DNA of 63,126 nucleotides, the filler included, from Stramenopiles sp. TOSAG23-3 (lineage: Eukaryota), in the NCBI GenBank assembly GCA_900128585.1. It is 31 parts of 31 records of this genome, joined end to end, with 100 filler letters (N's around TTAATTAATTAA, not from the genome) between each part and the next. Parts side by side here need not be neighbours in the genome. Positions count along the whole stretch, not along the records: positions 44,963 to 46,896 come from LT645227.1; positions 46,997 to 48,929 come from LT645228.1; positions 49,030 to 50,961 come from LT645229.1; positions 51,062 to 52,991 come from LT645230.1; positions 53,092 to 55,021 come from LT645231.1; positions 55,122 to 57,048 come from LT645232.1; 25 more parts are not named here. The stretch is one strand, 5' to 3'. The position numbers and the translations under genes are program-made. Of this stretch, positions 44,965-57,031 are shown piece by piece (position 1 is the first letter of the stretch; each line of letters starts with the position of its first letter). The notes under the pieces are model-generated. The model made no database searches, was not told the origin of the DNA, and saw nothing but the letters and a program-made list of their open reading frames with translations.

Positions 44965-45555
44965 AAGGAGCTGGCGCAGCGGCTGAAGGACAAGACCAGG
45001 CACGATACTGAAGAATTAGAAAAATTAGAAGAGCGGTTGGAGCATTACAACCTTCTGCTGCGAAAGGCGGAGACGGACGCGAAACACGAGAAGGCCGAAC
45101 GCATCATCAAAACCCTGATACTCCAAAGCGAGAGCCGGGCCTTCCGCGGCTGGCACGACGGGGCGAAGGTACAGACCCACCAGCGCAACCAAGCAAAGCG
45201 TCTGATGGCCAGGGCGATGAACCGAACCATGGCGTACAACTTTGACAAATTCGTCAAGATATGGAAGGACGGAAAGCAAGCAAGGGCGCAGAAGAAGCGG
45301 GCCCTGGCCTACTTCAAGAACCGCGAGTTGACAATGGTGTGGGGAAGCTGGCAAGCGTACGTGCGGCGGCGATTGTTCGTGCGGCATTTTCTGAACAAAA
45401 TGGTGAGGCAGTGGGAGAACAAGGAGATTGCGAAGGGCATCAACGGGTGGAAAGCGTTCTACGCATGGCACCTCATGGAAGAGAAACGAAGGTTGGAAGA
45501 GGAAGAGAACGCAAGGAACAGGAAGAGCAGAAGCAAGTTTTGTACCGTGCTTTAA
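44965..45555 (+). CDS. C-terminal fragment with Sfi1-like Trp repeats and a CaaX end (CTVL)
   Basis: RAFRGW, VWGSWQAY and GINGWKAF helical repeats; ends RNRKSRSKFCTVL*. Confidence 0.65.
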   Translation, partial: KELAQRLKDKTRHDTEELEKLEERLEHYNLLLRKAETDAKHEKAERIIKTLILQSESRAFRGWHDGAKVQTHQRNQAKRLMARAMNRTMAYNFDKFVKIWKDGKQARAQKKRALAYFKNRELTMVWGSWQAYVRRRLFVRHFLNKMVRQWENKEIAKGINGWKAFYAWHLMEEKRRLEEEENARNRKSRSKFCTVL

Positions 45556-45953
45556 CAGAAATAAAAACCTTACATGGGGTGTATACTTTTCATGGAATAT
45601 GCTTTATACCTAAATAACGGCCATGGAGGGCAAGTAAACGAAAACGTGGATTCTGTATAAGACTAGTATAAAAAAAATTATATAAATAATATTATATAAA
45701 TAATATGATTGATGATGATCTCTAAAAAAAAGTTTATTTAAAAAAATAATATGATTAGTTATCCCTTCTCATTTAAAAAAATAGTTTCCTTTTGTTATAA
45801 ATGTAATGATGGAGGGGTGGCCAAAAAAGAAACCCCGAAAGACCCGTATTAGTCCAAGGATTGCACGCGAAAGTGGCCAAATTTCAATCGCGTGATTTTT
45901 ATTGAATTTTCAGGGGTGATCGATTGCATTTTACAAAGACACGTAAGTACGCC

Positions 45954-46847
45954 ATGGATGCAGAACTGCGCCAGCTTTTGAAACGATTGAAAGTTGTGTA
46001 TGAGGAGACGGGGGGAAAGGATGCCGGTGCGGTGGGTAAATACGCAGGGGACTCCTTCATGCAATTGAGGTCACGCTTGATAAAGCAAACAAAAGTAATC
46101 CATGAGTTGTGCGACGCCCGAGACGCAGATGCGAAAAAGAATAAAGGGAAGCGTTCCACTGAGGCCATTAAGAGAGACCAGGAAATCCGAACCTGCGTCG
46201 TCGAGTGCTCCGAGATCATGCAGAACCTTCACAAGGTTCACAAGTCCCTTGTCAAGAAGCAGAACAAGAAGCGCGTTACCAGCGAAGAGATGCGAGAGAA
46301 AAGTGAATTCCTCGGCGAATGCGTGCGAGAGGTACAACTCGCCGTTGAACGGAGCAATCGGCGCCCGGGAGAGTCGTCCGACGCCGTCACTCCGGAGGCC
46401 ATTTCGTTTAATACCATGAGCCTAGCGGATGCCCTCGCTAGCATGGACTCGGGCCCGAACAAGTCTGGGAAGGAGTACACGTCGCCTGCCCCGACTGGTC
46501 CGGGGGTGGAAATGAGCGCGAGCGTTACTCAAAAGCTTGAGGTGGTGGAACGAAACAAGCAAGAGATGGACAAATACTTAGATGTTATTGAGGAGGGTGT
46601 CAGCCAAATTGCAGAAATAGCAAATACCCTCGGCGAGGAGCTGGCGGTGCAAGACCAACTGATTGCAGACGTTGCGAAGAATATTGAGAAAGCAGACGAT
46701 AACATACAAGGTTTGAACGACCAAGTAGATGAAGTGCTGAACGACAAAGGCCAATGCTGCCAAAACCAAGCCCTTAATCTGATATGTTTTGTTCTTCTGC
46801 TAGGGGTCTGCGGGGTCATCATAAAAATGATCAGCGCCGACGGATAA
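45954..46847 (+). CDS. Qc-type SNARE (SYP7/Stx6-like architecture)
   Basis: Helical N-terminal domain, SNARE motif DKYLDVIEEGVSQI..LGEELAVQDQLI, and a C-terminal TM. Confidence 0.85.
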   Translation: MDAELRQLLKRLKVVYEETGGKDAGAVGKYAGDSFMQLRSRLIKQTKVIHELCDARDADAKKNKGKRSTEAIKRDQEIRTCVVECSEIMQNLHKVHKSLVKKQNKKRVTSEEMREKSEFLGECVREVQLAVERSNRRPGESSDAVTPEAISFNTMSLADALASMDSGPNKSGKEYTSPAPTGPGVEMSASVTQKLEVVERNKQEMDKYLDVIEEGVSQIAEIANTLGEELAVQDQLIADVAKNIEKADDNIQGLNDQVDEVLNDKGQCCQNQALNLICFVLLLGVCGVIIKMISADG

Positions 46848-46996
46848 AAATGCCGGATCCAAAAAGTGGAGAAACTATCAGGGGACTTTGATTGGGNNNN
46901 NNNNNNNNNNNNNNNNNNNNNNNNNNNNNNNNNNNNNNNNTTAATTAATTAANNNNNNNNNNNNNNNNNNNNNNNNNNNNNNNNNNNNNNNNNNNN

Positions 46997-48822
46997 GAAG
47001 CGTACTCCAACGAGAAAAGGAGGCCAGACCATGTTCTCTTCCCCTCTGATCCCAGACTCCCCGTTTTCTGCCTTTGCCGGTAGCCTCTCGCCGTTGATGA
47101 TGATGAATGGTGGCTCGTCCATCCCAAACTCGCTGTCAAACACTCCAAACTGGAATGTGGACTTGGGCTCCCCGATGATGCAGAATGATATGGACCAACT
47201 TTTGTTGCCTGGAGGTGCAGGTATGGGGTCTCCGGCGTTCTATGGCAGGATTCCCAATCGAGCCCGCGCTCCTATTTCCGCAAACGATTCCGATTCGAAA
47301 AGGCAAAAAGGAACGTTCGTCCAACGCCTCGATTTCCAAAAAGAAGCAAATGGGCTAACCTTGGGCGGCTCCGGAGGGAGAAGGATGCGTTTCCAGATTA
47401 TGCCTGGCGCAGGCATGTCCCAAGGGTTGATCCCAATGGATACTTTTGATGAACCGGAGCCAGGTTCATTTAATCCTATGTCGCCGTCAACGTCTCCGCG
47501 CACTTGGAACCGGCTGCGAAACACGGACTCTACCGGTGTCATGGAGGACTTCATGAACTCCGTCGGCAGAACCACACCAAATACTCCCAGGATGCAAGGT
47601 GCGTCGGTGTCAAAGCAAACGCCGGTTAACTCGAGCTCTTCGGCCAAGAAGGGGGGGAGAGGTAGCGCCAAATCCCGGGCGAAAGCAAGCAACACTTCGT
47701 CCCGAAAAATATCTGGAAGCAAAGGAAGTGCTTCAAAGTCTAAGAAGCCTTCCAAGAACAACTCGAAATCGACCGTCAAGACCGTCAAGCGCAAACGTTC
47801 TGGTGGCTACGGAGGTGGCCCCGATACATTTCGATCGCCTGCCCCTCGCTCCACAGGATCTAATTCTACGAAGGCGAGATTTAGTGGGAACAGTCGCCAG
47901 CGTGCTGCTGATCGCTCTGCCGATACTTCGCTTACCGCAGGTGCCCAAGAGGAAGCACGAGAACCGTGCAACTGCAAAAAAAAGTAAGTGCTTGAAACTT
48001 TACTGCGTCTGCTTCGCGGCTGGAATTTACTGCAGTGGGTGCAATTGCACTATTTGCGAAAATAACAAAGAGAATGAAACTGCGCGAAGAGCTGCGGTCC
48101 AGGCAACACTAGAGAGAAATCCGCATGCGTTCAAGCCCAAAATCAGCAACTTGGACCAAGATCCCAAAAAGGGAAGCGATGATGTGGAGCATAGCAAAGG
48201 ATGTCACTGCAAAAGAAGCTTCTGTTTGAAGAAATACTGCGAATGTTTTCAAGCAAATATATTCTGCGGTGCAAATTGCAAATGTGAAAATTGTCAAAAT
48301 TTTCACGGAAGCCCGATGCTTACCAAAGCGTCAGCAACTAAAAAGTCTCGCAGTGCGGGGCCACGGGGTACATCCGTCCGAATTGTTCCTTTGCGATCAG
48401 TAAAACCAGGGCAGTCCCTCGCGTTCATAACTTCGGCAATGCAAGCTGTGAAGAAGAATAAACGTGCAAATGTATCGCTTGCAGTTGGCGGTAGTGGAAA
48501 GAAAACTCAAGTGCGTAATTTGTCTCAAAACACTGCAAAGAAAAGGCACGAGTCTCGAAAAACTGCAAACGCTGCTCGGTCGCTTCCAGGGGCTTCGTCC
48601 ACAACATCGATTCCATCCCGGCCAACTCGTCGGTTCAACATCGGGAAAGATTCGCCATCTGAAACGCGTATATTTGGAACTCGTAAACCCAAAATTAAAA
48701 AAAATGTGGTATTTAAAATCTTCTCCTTCCTTGACAATGAAGACTTGCTCGAAGCAAGTCTAGTCTCTAAGCAGTTTTCAGACCGTGCGCTTGACGAGGA
48801 AGTTTGGCATATGAAGCTTTAA
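46997..48822 (+). CDS. Tesmin/TSO1/Lin54-like double CXC (CRC) domain protein with a C-terminal F-box-like motif; +1 frameshift at 47976-47987
   Basis: PCNCKK / [14 protein letters not shown] is split across two frames. Also RNPHAFKPK and [22 protein letters not shown]. Confidence 0.9.
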
Positions 48823-49029
48823 AATTCTCTATAGTTGGGAAAAAGAAACCACACTTCGGTAATTCCAGGTCTAGTGATTACTGCGAGTGTCTTATGATAC
48901 GATTTTTAAAAACAAAAATATATCATTACNNNNNNNNNNNNNNNNNNNNNNNNNNNNNNNNNNNNNNNNNNNNTTAATTAATTAANNNNNNNNNNNNNNN
49001 NNNNNNNNNNNNNNNNNNNNNNNNNNNNN

Positions 49030-49562
49030 AAGACGAAAAAGAGTTCCAGACTCTTGCAAACACGTACATTGCACATATCAGAGTATACACGGAAGAGGGA
49101 AACTTGGGGAGCGGTGCCATGGAATACCTCCACAAAGCATTCAATTACGTATCGAGGATGCTGGAGATTGCGCAGGAGCCTTCTTCTCTCCAGGCCAAAG
49201 AAATATCCCGGTTAGAGAGACGACTCTCGAACCTGTCAGCCACTATCCGAGGGGAGAAAACTATTGAATGGATCAATGGAAAAGGTAACGTAAGAAAGGT
49301 CGTGTTTCGTGAGATTTCGAAGAGAAGGGGGAACAATGAAACGGGGCGCGGAAAGACATCCAAGCGAGGTGCAAGGAAGAACAATGAAAACGTGGAGCAT
49401 CGACAAAAAACAAATATGAAGCCAAAAATGTTTACCGCGAAAGATGCCCGGGGAAATAAACCCGCGCGTGCGGTAAAGCAAACCCCAATGAACCGGGGGC
49501 ATCGTGCACCCTTGGGTAATTCTGTACTGCAGGAACTCCAAGGCGAAAGTAGTTTCTTTTAA
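49030..49562 (+). CDS. C-terminal fragment of a hypothetical protein
   Basis: Open frame ending at TAA, with a helical region and then a basic disordered tail. Confidence 0.5.
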
Positions 49563-49690
49563 AATGAACGTATAATAGTTTTCTTAACACGATGTAGACA
49601 TTTTTTAAAAATGCGCGCGGAGCACTCCTCTCGCACCAAGTAATTTTGGCGAGGACATTTTCTGTCTTCGTCAATCAAACGCACGCTTCT

Positions 49691-50185
49691 TTACCAATCG
49701 CTGTCCTGAACGGGGGTATTGCCTAATCGCATAATCCAAGACGAAATAATTATCAACACGACCGAAGTAAGTTGCACCACGCCATCCCTCGCCCCATATA
49801 GCGGGTCGCACGGCAGGTGGTCGGATATGTGCTTTGGTTCCGCGTACCAATTGACCATAACACCCACGGAGCCACCAATTGCAGACACGCCAACTAAGGT
49901 TCCGAATATAAGCACAGTTCGATTTATGCAAGGTACATTAGGATTTGAATAGAGATCTGCATTTTGCGGGTCCATAGCTTCCCAAGATATGAGGTTAATC
50001 ATGAAAAAGCTGACGACTGCGAATACAGCAGGAAGTGCGAATAGGAAACGAAATTGGCACCCCTCATCTGGGTTCACCATAACTGAAATCAACAACCACC
50101 AAGCGAAACCGAACACTGTACCGGCCGCGTACGAACACTTTCGTGACTTTACACGCGCCTCGTCGTCGTCTAAGTTTGTATACAT
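49691..50185 (-). CDS. TMEM50/Vps68 (UPF0220) family membrane protein
   Basis: YAAGTVFGFAWWLLI, PAVFAVVSFFMINLISW, four TM helices, and a C-terminal VLIIISS. Confidence 0.85.
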   Translation of the reverse strand: MYTNLDDDEARVKSRKCSYAAGTVFGFAWWLLISVMVNPDEGCQFRFLFALPAVFAVVSFFMINLISWEAMDPQNADLYSNPNVPCINRTVLIFGTLVGVSAIGGSVGVMVNWYAEPKHISDHLPCDPLYGARDGVVQLTSVVLIIISSWIMRLGNTPVQDSDW

Positions 50186-50414
50186 AATTAACAAGAGATT
50201 GGGTCCCGTTTTTTTATCGCTTCTTTTGCAGGGCTGTAATAAGAGACCTTGGGGTTTTGAAAGCATTTTAGTTTCTCTCAAGAATGAAATGGGTCTGATT
50301 CAGTCATCGCCCAAATTGATATAAGACCAGTAAACATGTTTGTTAGTTATTAATTCCTAGATTCGATAATTTGTGTCGTGCAAAGCTATTATTGTAATTA
50401 TAGACTATTATGTG

Positions 50415-50472
50415 TGTACCAGGTATTAATAGTACAGGTACCTACCAGGTATTAATAATACCTGGGGTACTA
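50415..50472. repeat. GTAC/ACCAGGT palindrome-rich tract
   Basis: gtaccaggtattaatagtacaggtacctaccaggtattaataatacctggggtac. Confidence 0.75.
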
Positions 50473-51061
50473 CAGCAATTATTTTGAGTTTGTCATTTTG
50501 TTATATTCCTAATTTTTTATTTGATAGGTGAGTAGTTATAGTTATATGATTGCTAGATATAATACTCTATATTAACATTCAAATACCACCGGCCACCACT
50601 CTTTCTTCCACCCGTACCCCCGTATTACATTAAAATACCAGTATCATATCATACCGGTATTACGTGTATAATAGTTTAAATTTTTTATATAATAATTATT
50701 TTATTTTTTATATAATAAAAAAAATAATACAGTAGAATACGACGACTATGAAATCATCTCTCTCTCTATTATAACTGGTATTAACACTTCTCTACACCAC
50801 TTAGTCGTCTAATAAAATATAATACGAAGTGCTACCCACACTTGTATAACGATGATTGCTAATGATGGTATTGGTGACCAACCGAGGACTTTGTACAGAA
50901 TTCGTAATTGGGTTGTATTCAACAGGGGAACAAACTTTCGCGTGGCTTGTACCTAACCGCCNNNNNNNNNNNNNNNNNNNNNNNNNNNNNNNNNNNNNNN
51001 NNNNNTTAATTAATTAANNNNNNNNNNNNNNNNNNNNNNNNNNNNNNNNNNNNNNNNNNNN

Positions 51062-52991
51062 TGTTATTCAAGTGCTCTCTGGTAAAGGTCAACCCCACAC
51101 CCCCTCCATGCTTGGCTCTGTTGCTTTCAAAATAGCACGCATCAAAATGGTAAGACTGCGGGGGGCCTTGCTTGAGCTCCCTCGCTTGAACAGCTCCACC
51201 ACTTGCTAACGCACTGTTGTTAATAAATTTACATTTATCAAAAGTCGTGACACCAGCGAGATCTATCCCATAAAAGGCACCGCCATCCAACCGGCCTTCA
51301 TTTTCTCGAAACGTACATCCAACAAAAGCGATTCTAGCGGGATTTGTGGAAGACCCGCTTCCGTACATAGCTCCCCCATGATCTGCGATGTTTTTGGTCC
51401 ATTTGCACCGAGTAAATATGGCAGATTGAAAACGAATGCCCAAATTGGCGTAGATTGCACCGCCGTGTGCTCGATCTTTATCCTTATAATATGACGAGTC
51501 AACAAGTTGGGGTGCAGCGTTTTCGTGCCAATTTGAACCGGTAACATTTATTTTTAAGCACTGCGATAAATATAGCGCACCTCCAGTCCCACCCATAGAC
51601 ACTGAATTTCTTGCCCATGTACAGTTCGTGATATTCAGCTGGTCTATTTCATAAAAACTGGTGGCTCCTCCTTGGGTAAAATAACTATTATACCTATTAT
51701 TAGTCCATGAATGAAGAACGGAGTTGCGTTCGTACGTGCAATTCTTAAAATTTGCTCGTACCACGTTAAAAAGCTGCAAGGCTCCCCCCTCGCGAGTTGC
51801 CCAGTTGCCATACCATACACTACTCGTGAACCGTGTTTGGTCAAAGTCAGAAAGATAAATTGCCCCCCCACTTCCAGGCACACGGCCACTTCCAGGAGCG
51901 GAATTATTTGTGAATGTGCACTTTTTAATGTCTATCTGGCCCCCTTCATTTCCCCAAAGCGCACCTCCTTGGGATCTGGCCCAGTTGCCAGACCAAACGC
52001 TACTCGTGAACCGTGCTTGGAAAAATTCCCAAAGATAAATTGCCCCCCCACTTCCAGAAGTTCCAGGAATGGAATTATTTGTGAACGTGCACTTGTTAAT
52101 ATCTATTTGGCCCCCGCTGTACCAAATCGCGCCGCCCTGACCGTGATAAACGTAGTTATTTTTGAACACACAGTCATCAAAACTTGTTTTGTCAATGACC
52201 TCCTCTTTTTGCCCATCGATATGCACAGCTCCACCTTTCGAATTTTTTTCCGGGGAAAAATTATTTTCAAACGAGCAACTTCTGACCATCACATTTTGGC
52301 TTGCATCCCCAACATCCCGATCCTTATCCAAAACTAATGCCCCCCCCTTCTTCGCAGAATTGTTTCGGAACGTGCAGTTGCTAAAATCTATCTTTTGGTT
52401 ATTCAAAAGGTAGACCGCCCCTCCACCATAATTTGCACGATTGTTGTAAAACGTGCAGCTGTCGAAAGCGACTTTGCTTTTGTAAACGAAAACGGCCCCG
52501 CCACCATCGGCACGGTGCCCGGCTACATTCTCACGAAAAACAACGTTTCGAAATACCAACCCCTTCCCGCGCACATTCAAAGAGACCTCTTCGCCACTAA
52601 AGAAAGCAACGCTAACGGCGCCTCCAGCACATTTGTTGCCCTTTTCGCATAGAAGATCCTTTCCTTGTCCGTTACGAACGGTAAAGTTGGCCAAAATAGT
52701 GTTGTTCCCTTCTTCCACTGCTCCAAAATGAAACGCAGGGGATTTCAACCCGCAATCGTAGACAACTTCGTCGGCGGTGGAATGCGGCGCGCCTCTGACA
52801 ACGATTCCACCATTTGCGGTCGTCTTGTCGCCTTTTAAAAACCGGATGCCAAAAAATTCTCCGTCCTCCGTGTAGACGTCGTGATCAGACCTGCAGGAGT
52901 GCACTCCTTTCATCAAATGTATTTCGTCGCCTGTCGATGAAATGAATATTGCGTACTGTGTCGTATTGCAAAAGTGAGTTTCGTTGCCGCA
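51062..52991 (-). CDS. Partial right-handed beta-helix (polymorphic membrane protein-like) surface protein
   Basis: Many GGA(V/I/L) and C.(F/W)..N.A repeats, with a recent internal duplication at ~51780-52110. Confidence 0.85.
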
Positions 52992-53578
52992 NNNNNNNNN
53001 NNNNNNNNNNNNNNNNNNNNNNNNNNNNNNNNNNNTTAATTAATTAANNNNNNNNNNNNNNNNNNNNNNNNNNNNNNNNNNNNNNNNNNNNTACATTCTA
53101 ATGTAATACTACCACGCAGTATTCTACGATGCACGTTCAATACTTACAAAATCACCAAAAAAAATTTGGGCTGTTAAAAGGTCGCATTCGACAATTTCTC
53201 CCTATGTAACGTAACCCCCCCCTTCTTGAAAGCATGAAGTAGCACCCGGCGGTTGACCTTAGGCACAATTATAAATTAATAATATGAGGAGATTTTGAGA
53301 AGGAGGTGTTGTTTGTACTTGTAATTGGTATAAAAATAGAGTTGGGCGACCCGGGACATCAAAACAAGAGATAGGGAACAGCTCCAATAGATGCGCACGA
53401 AGACTTTTTATTGTATTTTTATGAATCACTGTTCATTTTGTTTGAGAATGAAATAGAAATGTGTGGCGATTTTGGACAAAAAGTTAGTGAACTCGCACCC
53501 AACGGATTTAGGTTGCAATAGGGCTTCTTTAACTAGCGCGGGGGGCTGGAAACAATTGTATGCACACGACGAAAAGGA

Positions 53579-54521
53579 ATGTCCGGTTCCGTAGAGAAAT
53601 GCCTTTTTGTCGAGGATGCGAAGGTGGTCACCTTGACGTTCATCAGTTCATTTAGAAGTCACTACCTACGGAATAATCGGGGAAGTGGAAAGAAGAATAT
53701 TCGTTGTTTTCCCGGCTGTACTCGCCGCGGCCCCGGAGGACATGTTTCCAAAGGGTTTTGTGGAAATTTAATTCATGTCAAAGCAGGAGGTCTTGCCGCA
53801 GAAGATACAGTGCTGCTGCAGATACGGCCCCGTGTTACCCCTGCGTACGTTTTACTTCCTACTCCGTCTTCCTTGATACTTGCATTAACACTTCTATTCT
53901 CTTTTAAGCTTTCCCAAACGAATGCCCAGCGAGCGAAATTTATTGGACATCAAAATTCAAAATACTTATTCAGAGATAGAGCTGCAAAAATGGTTCGGGG
54001 TACCAGCATGTATGGGGCAGATCTTCGCCCCATCAAACAAAGGCCCCTGCGGAGGAGATTTTTACTTTAAACCTAGCTCCTGGAGTTACGGGTGGACTTC
54101 CAATAAACATAGGCATATTGAAAGGCATGTAGTGAGAGCATATGCCATGGTGCGTATTGGAAGTTCGGGTAAGTACCGATGTGAAGGCATGGTAGATTCT
54201 TCCCCGTTTCAAATATCAAGCGCAAAACGATTCCAAAACAGTGTTAGAAATGGCACTGCGAAAGAACAGTTCCCAGAGATAAGCCGTTACCTTCGGTCGC
54301 CTGTCTCCTCGGGACTATCGGCAATTGCAAAGAAAAAAAGAACCAGGAAATCGCGTCAGTCCAAAAACACGAAAGGAAAAAAGAAGCAACGATTAGAGTC
54401 ACCCGCGAGTGGCTCCAATGACTGTTTCCAGCAGTCTGAGATCATGCAACAAAGTTTACTTCCTCTAGAGTCAATTGAGAGTGATGAAACAGACTTTTTC
54501 GATTGTTCTTGGATGGAGTAA
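53579..54521 (+). CDS. Two-exon putative DNA-binding protein (exons 53579-53844 and 53909-54521)
   Basis: Removing the intron joins the two ORFs in frame. Motifs are HYLRNNRGSGKKNIRCFPGC..H..GFCG, WSYGW.SNKH and SSPFQISSAKRF, plus a basic NLS-like stretch and an acidic tail. Confidence 0.8.
53845..53908 (+). other. 64-nt GT-AG spliceosomal intron
   Basis: GTACGT donor, ATTAAC branch point, pyrimidine tract and TAAG acceptor; removal restores the frame. Confidence 0.85.
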
Positions 54522-55121
54522 GGCAAACCAGGCCAAGCAGAAGGCCGGTCTCCAATAAAATTGATATATATATATGGTGAGAAAGGATTTTAGGTTTCAG
54601 GCAAATCTAGTCGCCCCGTTTCATAAAACAAGCTTGCCCACCAAATAGAGATACAGACAACGACACCATTTTTATTTTTTTAAGAAAATTCAGCCTTGAA
54701 TACCCCGCCGGGACGGCAGTATGGAGTGCGCCACTCCCCCTACCCCTTGGAAAAGTGCGAGTCAGGCTTGGAGAGAGGATAACCGTTTAACACTTGCACG
54801 GACTGAAACGTTGGGGGACGTCAAACGCCTCCTCCAATTCTTTTGTTGCGCAACCAAAACAAATATTGCCTCTTGATTATATACGCAATTTCGTAAATTA
54901 ATTTTAATAATTCAGTAAAAATATTTTAGTTTTAAAACATTTACACAAGGAATGAGTCACCTATGAATGAGACACCGGACGAGGAAGTTGATTATGGGTC
55001 ATCTGGAAGCATTGCTAATCCNNNNNNNNNNNNNNNNNNNNNNNNNNNNNNNNNNNNNNNNNNNNTTAATTAATTAANNNNNNNNNNNNNNNNNNNNNNN
55101 NNNNNNNNNNNNNNNNNNNNN

Positions 55122-57031
55122 CCGACGAAGCTAGCGAACAAAAAGAGACGAAGCATGGTAAACCGCAGCCGACGCTCCATTCCAAACCATGTCGATGCCA
55201 TCAACACTCCGTAGAGGTATGTTGCTGGCCCGGAACGACTGGCAGCGCTCAATTCATTCGGCATATCGGTGGTGGAGGGATTGGCTGCCGGTGATGGCGA
55301 GCTTCCCGCCGGAGATGGCGAACTCCCTGCCGGTGACGGCGAATTTCCTGCCGGCGATGGCGAGCTTCCTGCCGGTGATGGCGAATCTGCAGGTGACGGC
55401 GAATTCCCGGCCGGCGACGGGCTATCACCCGATGGCGACGGGCTTTCCGCGGCCGCACAGACCCTATCCGCTGTTGTAGAACCCGCACTGCTTTCCACTT
55501 CGGTGGTAGCGTTGCATGCGGTCCAATTCGAGCAAGTGTTCTGGTTAGACGCGGTAGAGAATTTCCCAGTCGGGCAAGTTTCGCAGGTACGGTCTGCGCT
55601 GCTTGTGCCGTTGGCGGCTATCTTTTGGCCTGCAAGGCAAGTTGTCCAAGCGTTGCACGAGAATGCGTTGGCGGAGGTGGAATATTTTCCAGCCATACAA
55701 CTGCTGCAAACAGAATTCGAGGTACTCGTTCCGTTGGCAGAGATGTAATAGCCGGCGGTGCAATTTGTCCATGGTGTGCAAGACGCCACATTCGAGGCCG
55801 TGGGGTATTTTCCCGACGTACATGCCGTGCAAGTCGTAGCTCCCGTGCTTGCTCCTGTGTCCGTAATTGATCCTGCTGCGCATGAGTTGCAACTGCTTCC
55901 CGCAAAATTAATTGCGCTTTGGTATTGGCCGGTAGGGCAAGCCTCACACGTATCGGCAGTAGCAGAACCGGGACCTTTAAAGAATCCAGCATTGCAGGAT
56001 GTTGAATGCGCAGTGCAAGTTGCCACAGGAGGCAAGGAGGATTGGCTTACGGTTACGTTAGTCCCATAAGTCCCTCCTCCGCAGGATGAATACGCGCACG
56101 TGACTCCATAATTTGCATCGTACGTCCGGTCGGTACATGCGCCAATAAATGGAGCCACGGTGCACGGGAAATCGGAACATGTTTTGCGTGAAAAAGTGCC
56201 GTACTTGTCGGCACCACTGTTCGAGGAATCGTCATCGTCGTACAAGTAGAAGTTGGTTCCTGCTGTCACACCTGAGTTGTTAAATTTCGTATTCACCACA
56301 GTCACGGCTGGAGCACCACCTTGGGAGTTCCTCTTGAACGCCATGATCTGATGTCCTTTGTTAGTTCCTTCCGCATGGTTCTGATCAAATGTACTCTCTC
56401 GTATAGTCCCAACAGCATCCATGGATATATACACACCACCACCACCATTGGATGCAATTCCCCCTGATGTCGTCTGTCTATTATCCCTGATCAGTGAGCG
56501 TGTGATAGTAACGCTGCCGTACTGCTGCCATATACCACCTCCTTGCCTGCCTGCTCTGTTCTCAGCAATGATACTGTCGTCGTGGACCACCGTGGATCCT
56601 TCGTTGTTAAATACACCACCTCCATAAGTTGCTGTATTCAAAAAGAAAACGCACGAGGTGGCGTGCAAGGTACTGCCGGTGTCCTTGACGTAGATGGATC
56701 CACCACGGTCATTAGGATAACTACCCGACATACTCCCACCCGTCAGGTTCAACCATTTCAGTGTCAGCGTCCAACCCAACTCGACATAAAAGTGCCGCCT
56801 ATCCCCGGTCGTCTTGGCAGTGATGGTTGTCATTTCTGGTCGTCCCGTGATGGAAAGGTTCGCTGTTAACTGAACGCCGGCACTCGTCATAGTGCAGTCC
56901 TGAGTACAATTAAATGTACCTGCTGCTTCCGGGTTAGCACTGGTGCAGTTCCACTCTGCTGCGAGCGCAACCCCGACGAAGCTAGCGAACAAAAAGAGAC
57001 GAAGCATGGTAAACCGCAGCCGACGCTCCAT
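55122..57031 (-). CDS. Surface protein unit: signal peptide, beta-helix, Cys-rich (TNFR/GCC2-like) repeats, SPSPAG stalk and GPI/TM-like segment, reading in frame into a second signal peptide
   Basis: Stop-free frame. MERRLRFTMLRLFLFASFV occurs at both 57031 and 55180, and the contig has a 76-bp direct terminal repeat. Confidence 0.85.

Noticed and set aside
47984-47989. GTAAGT as a splice donor explaining the CXC frame break
   Set aside because: The bases directly downstream encode the conserved KCLKLYC, so splicing would delete essential residues.
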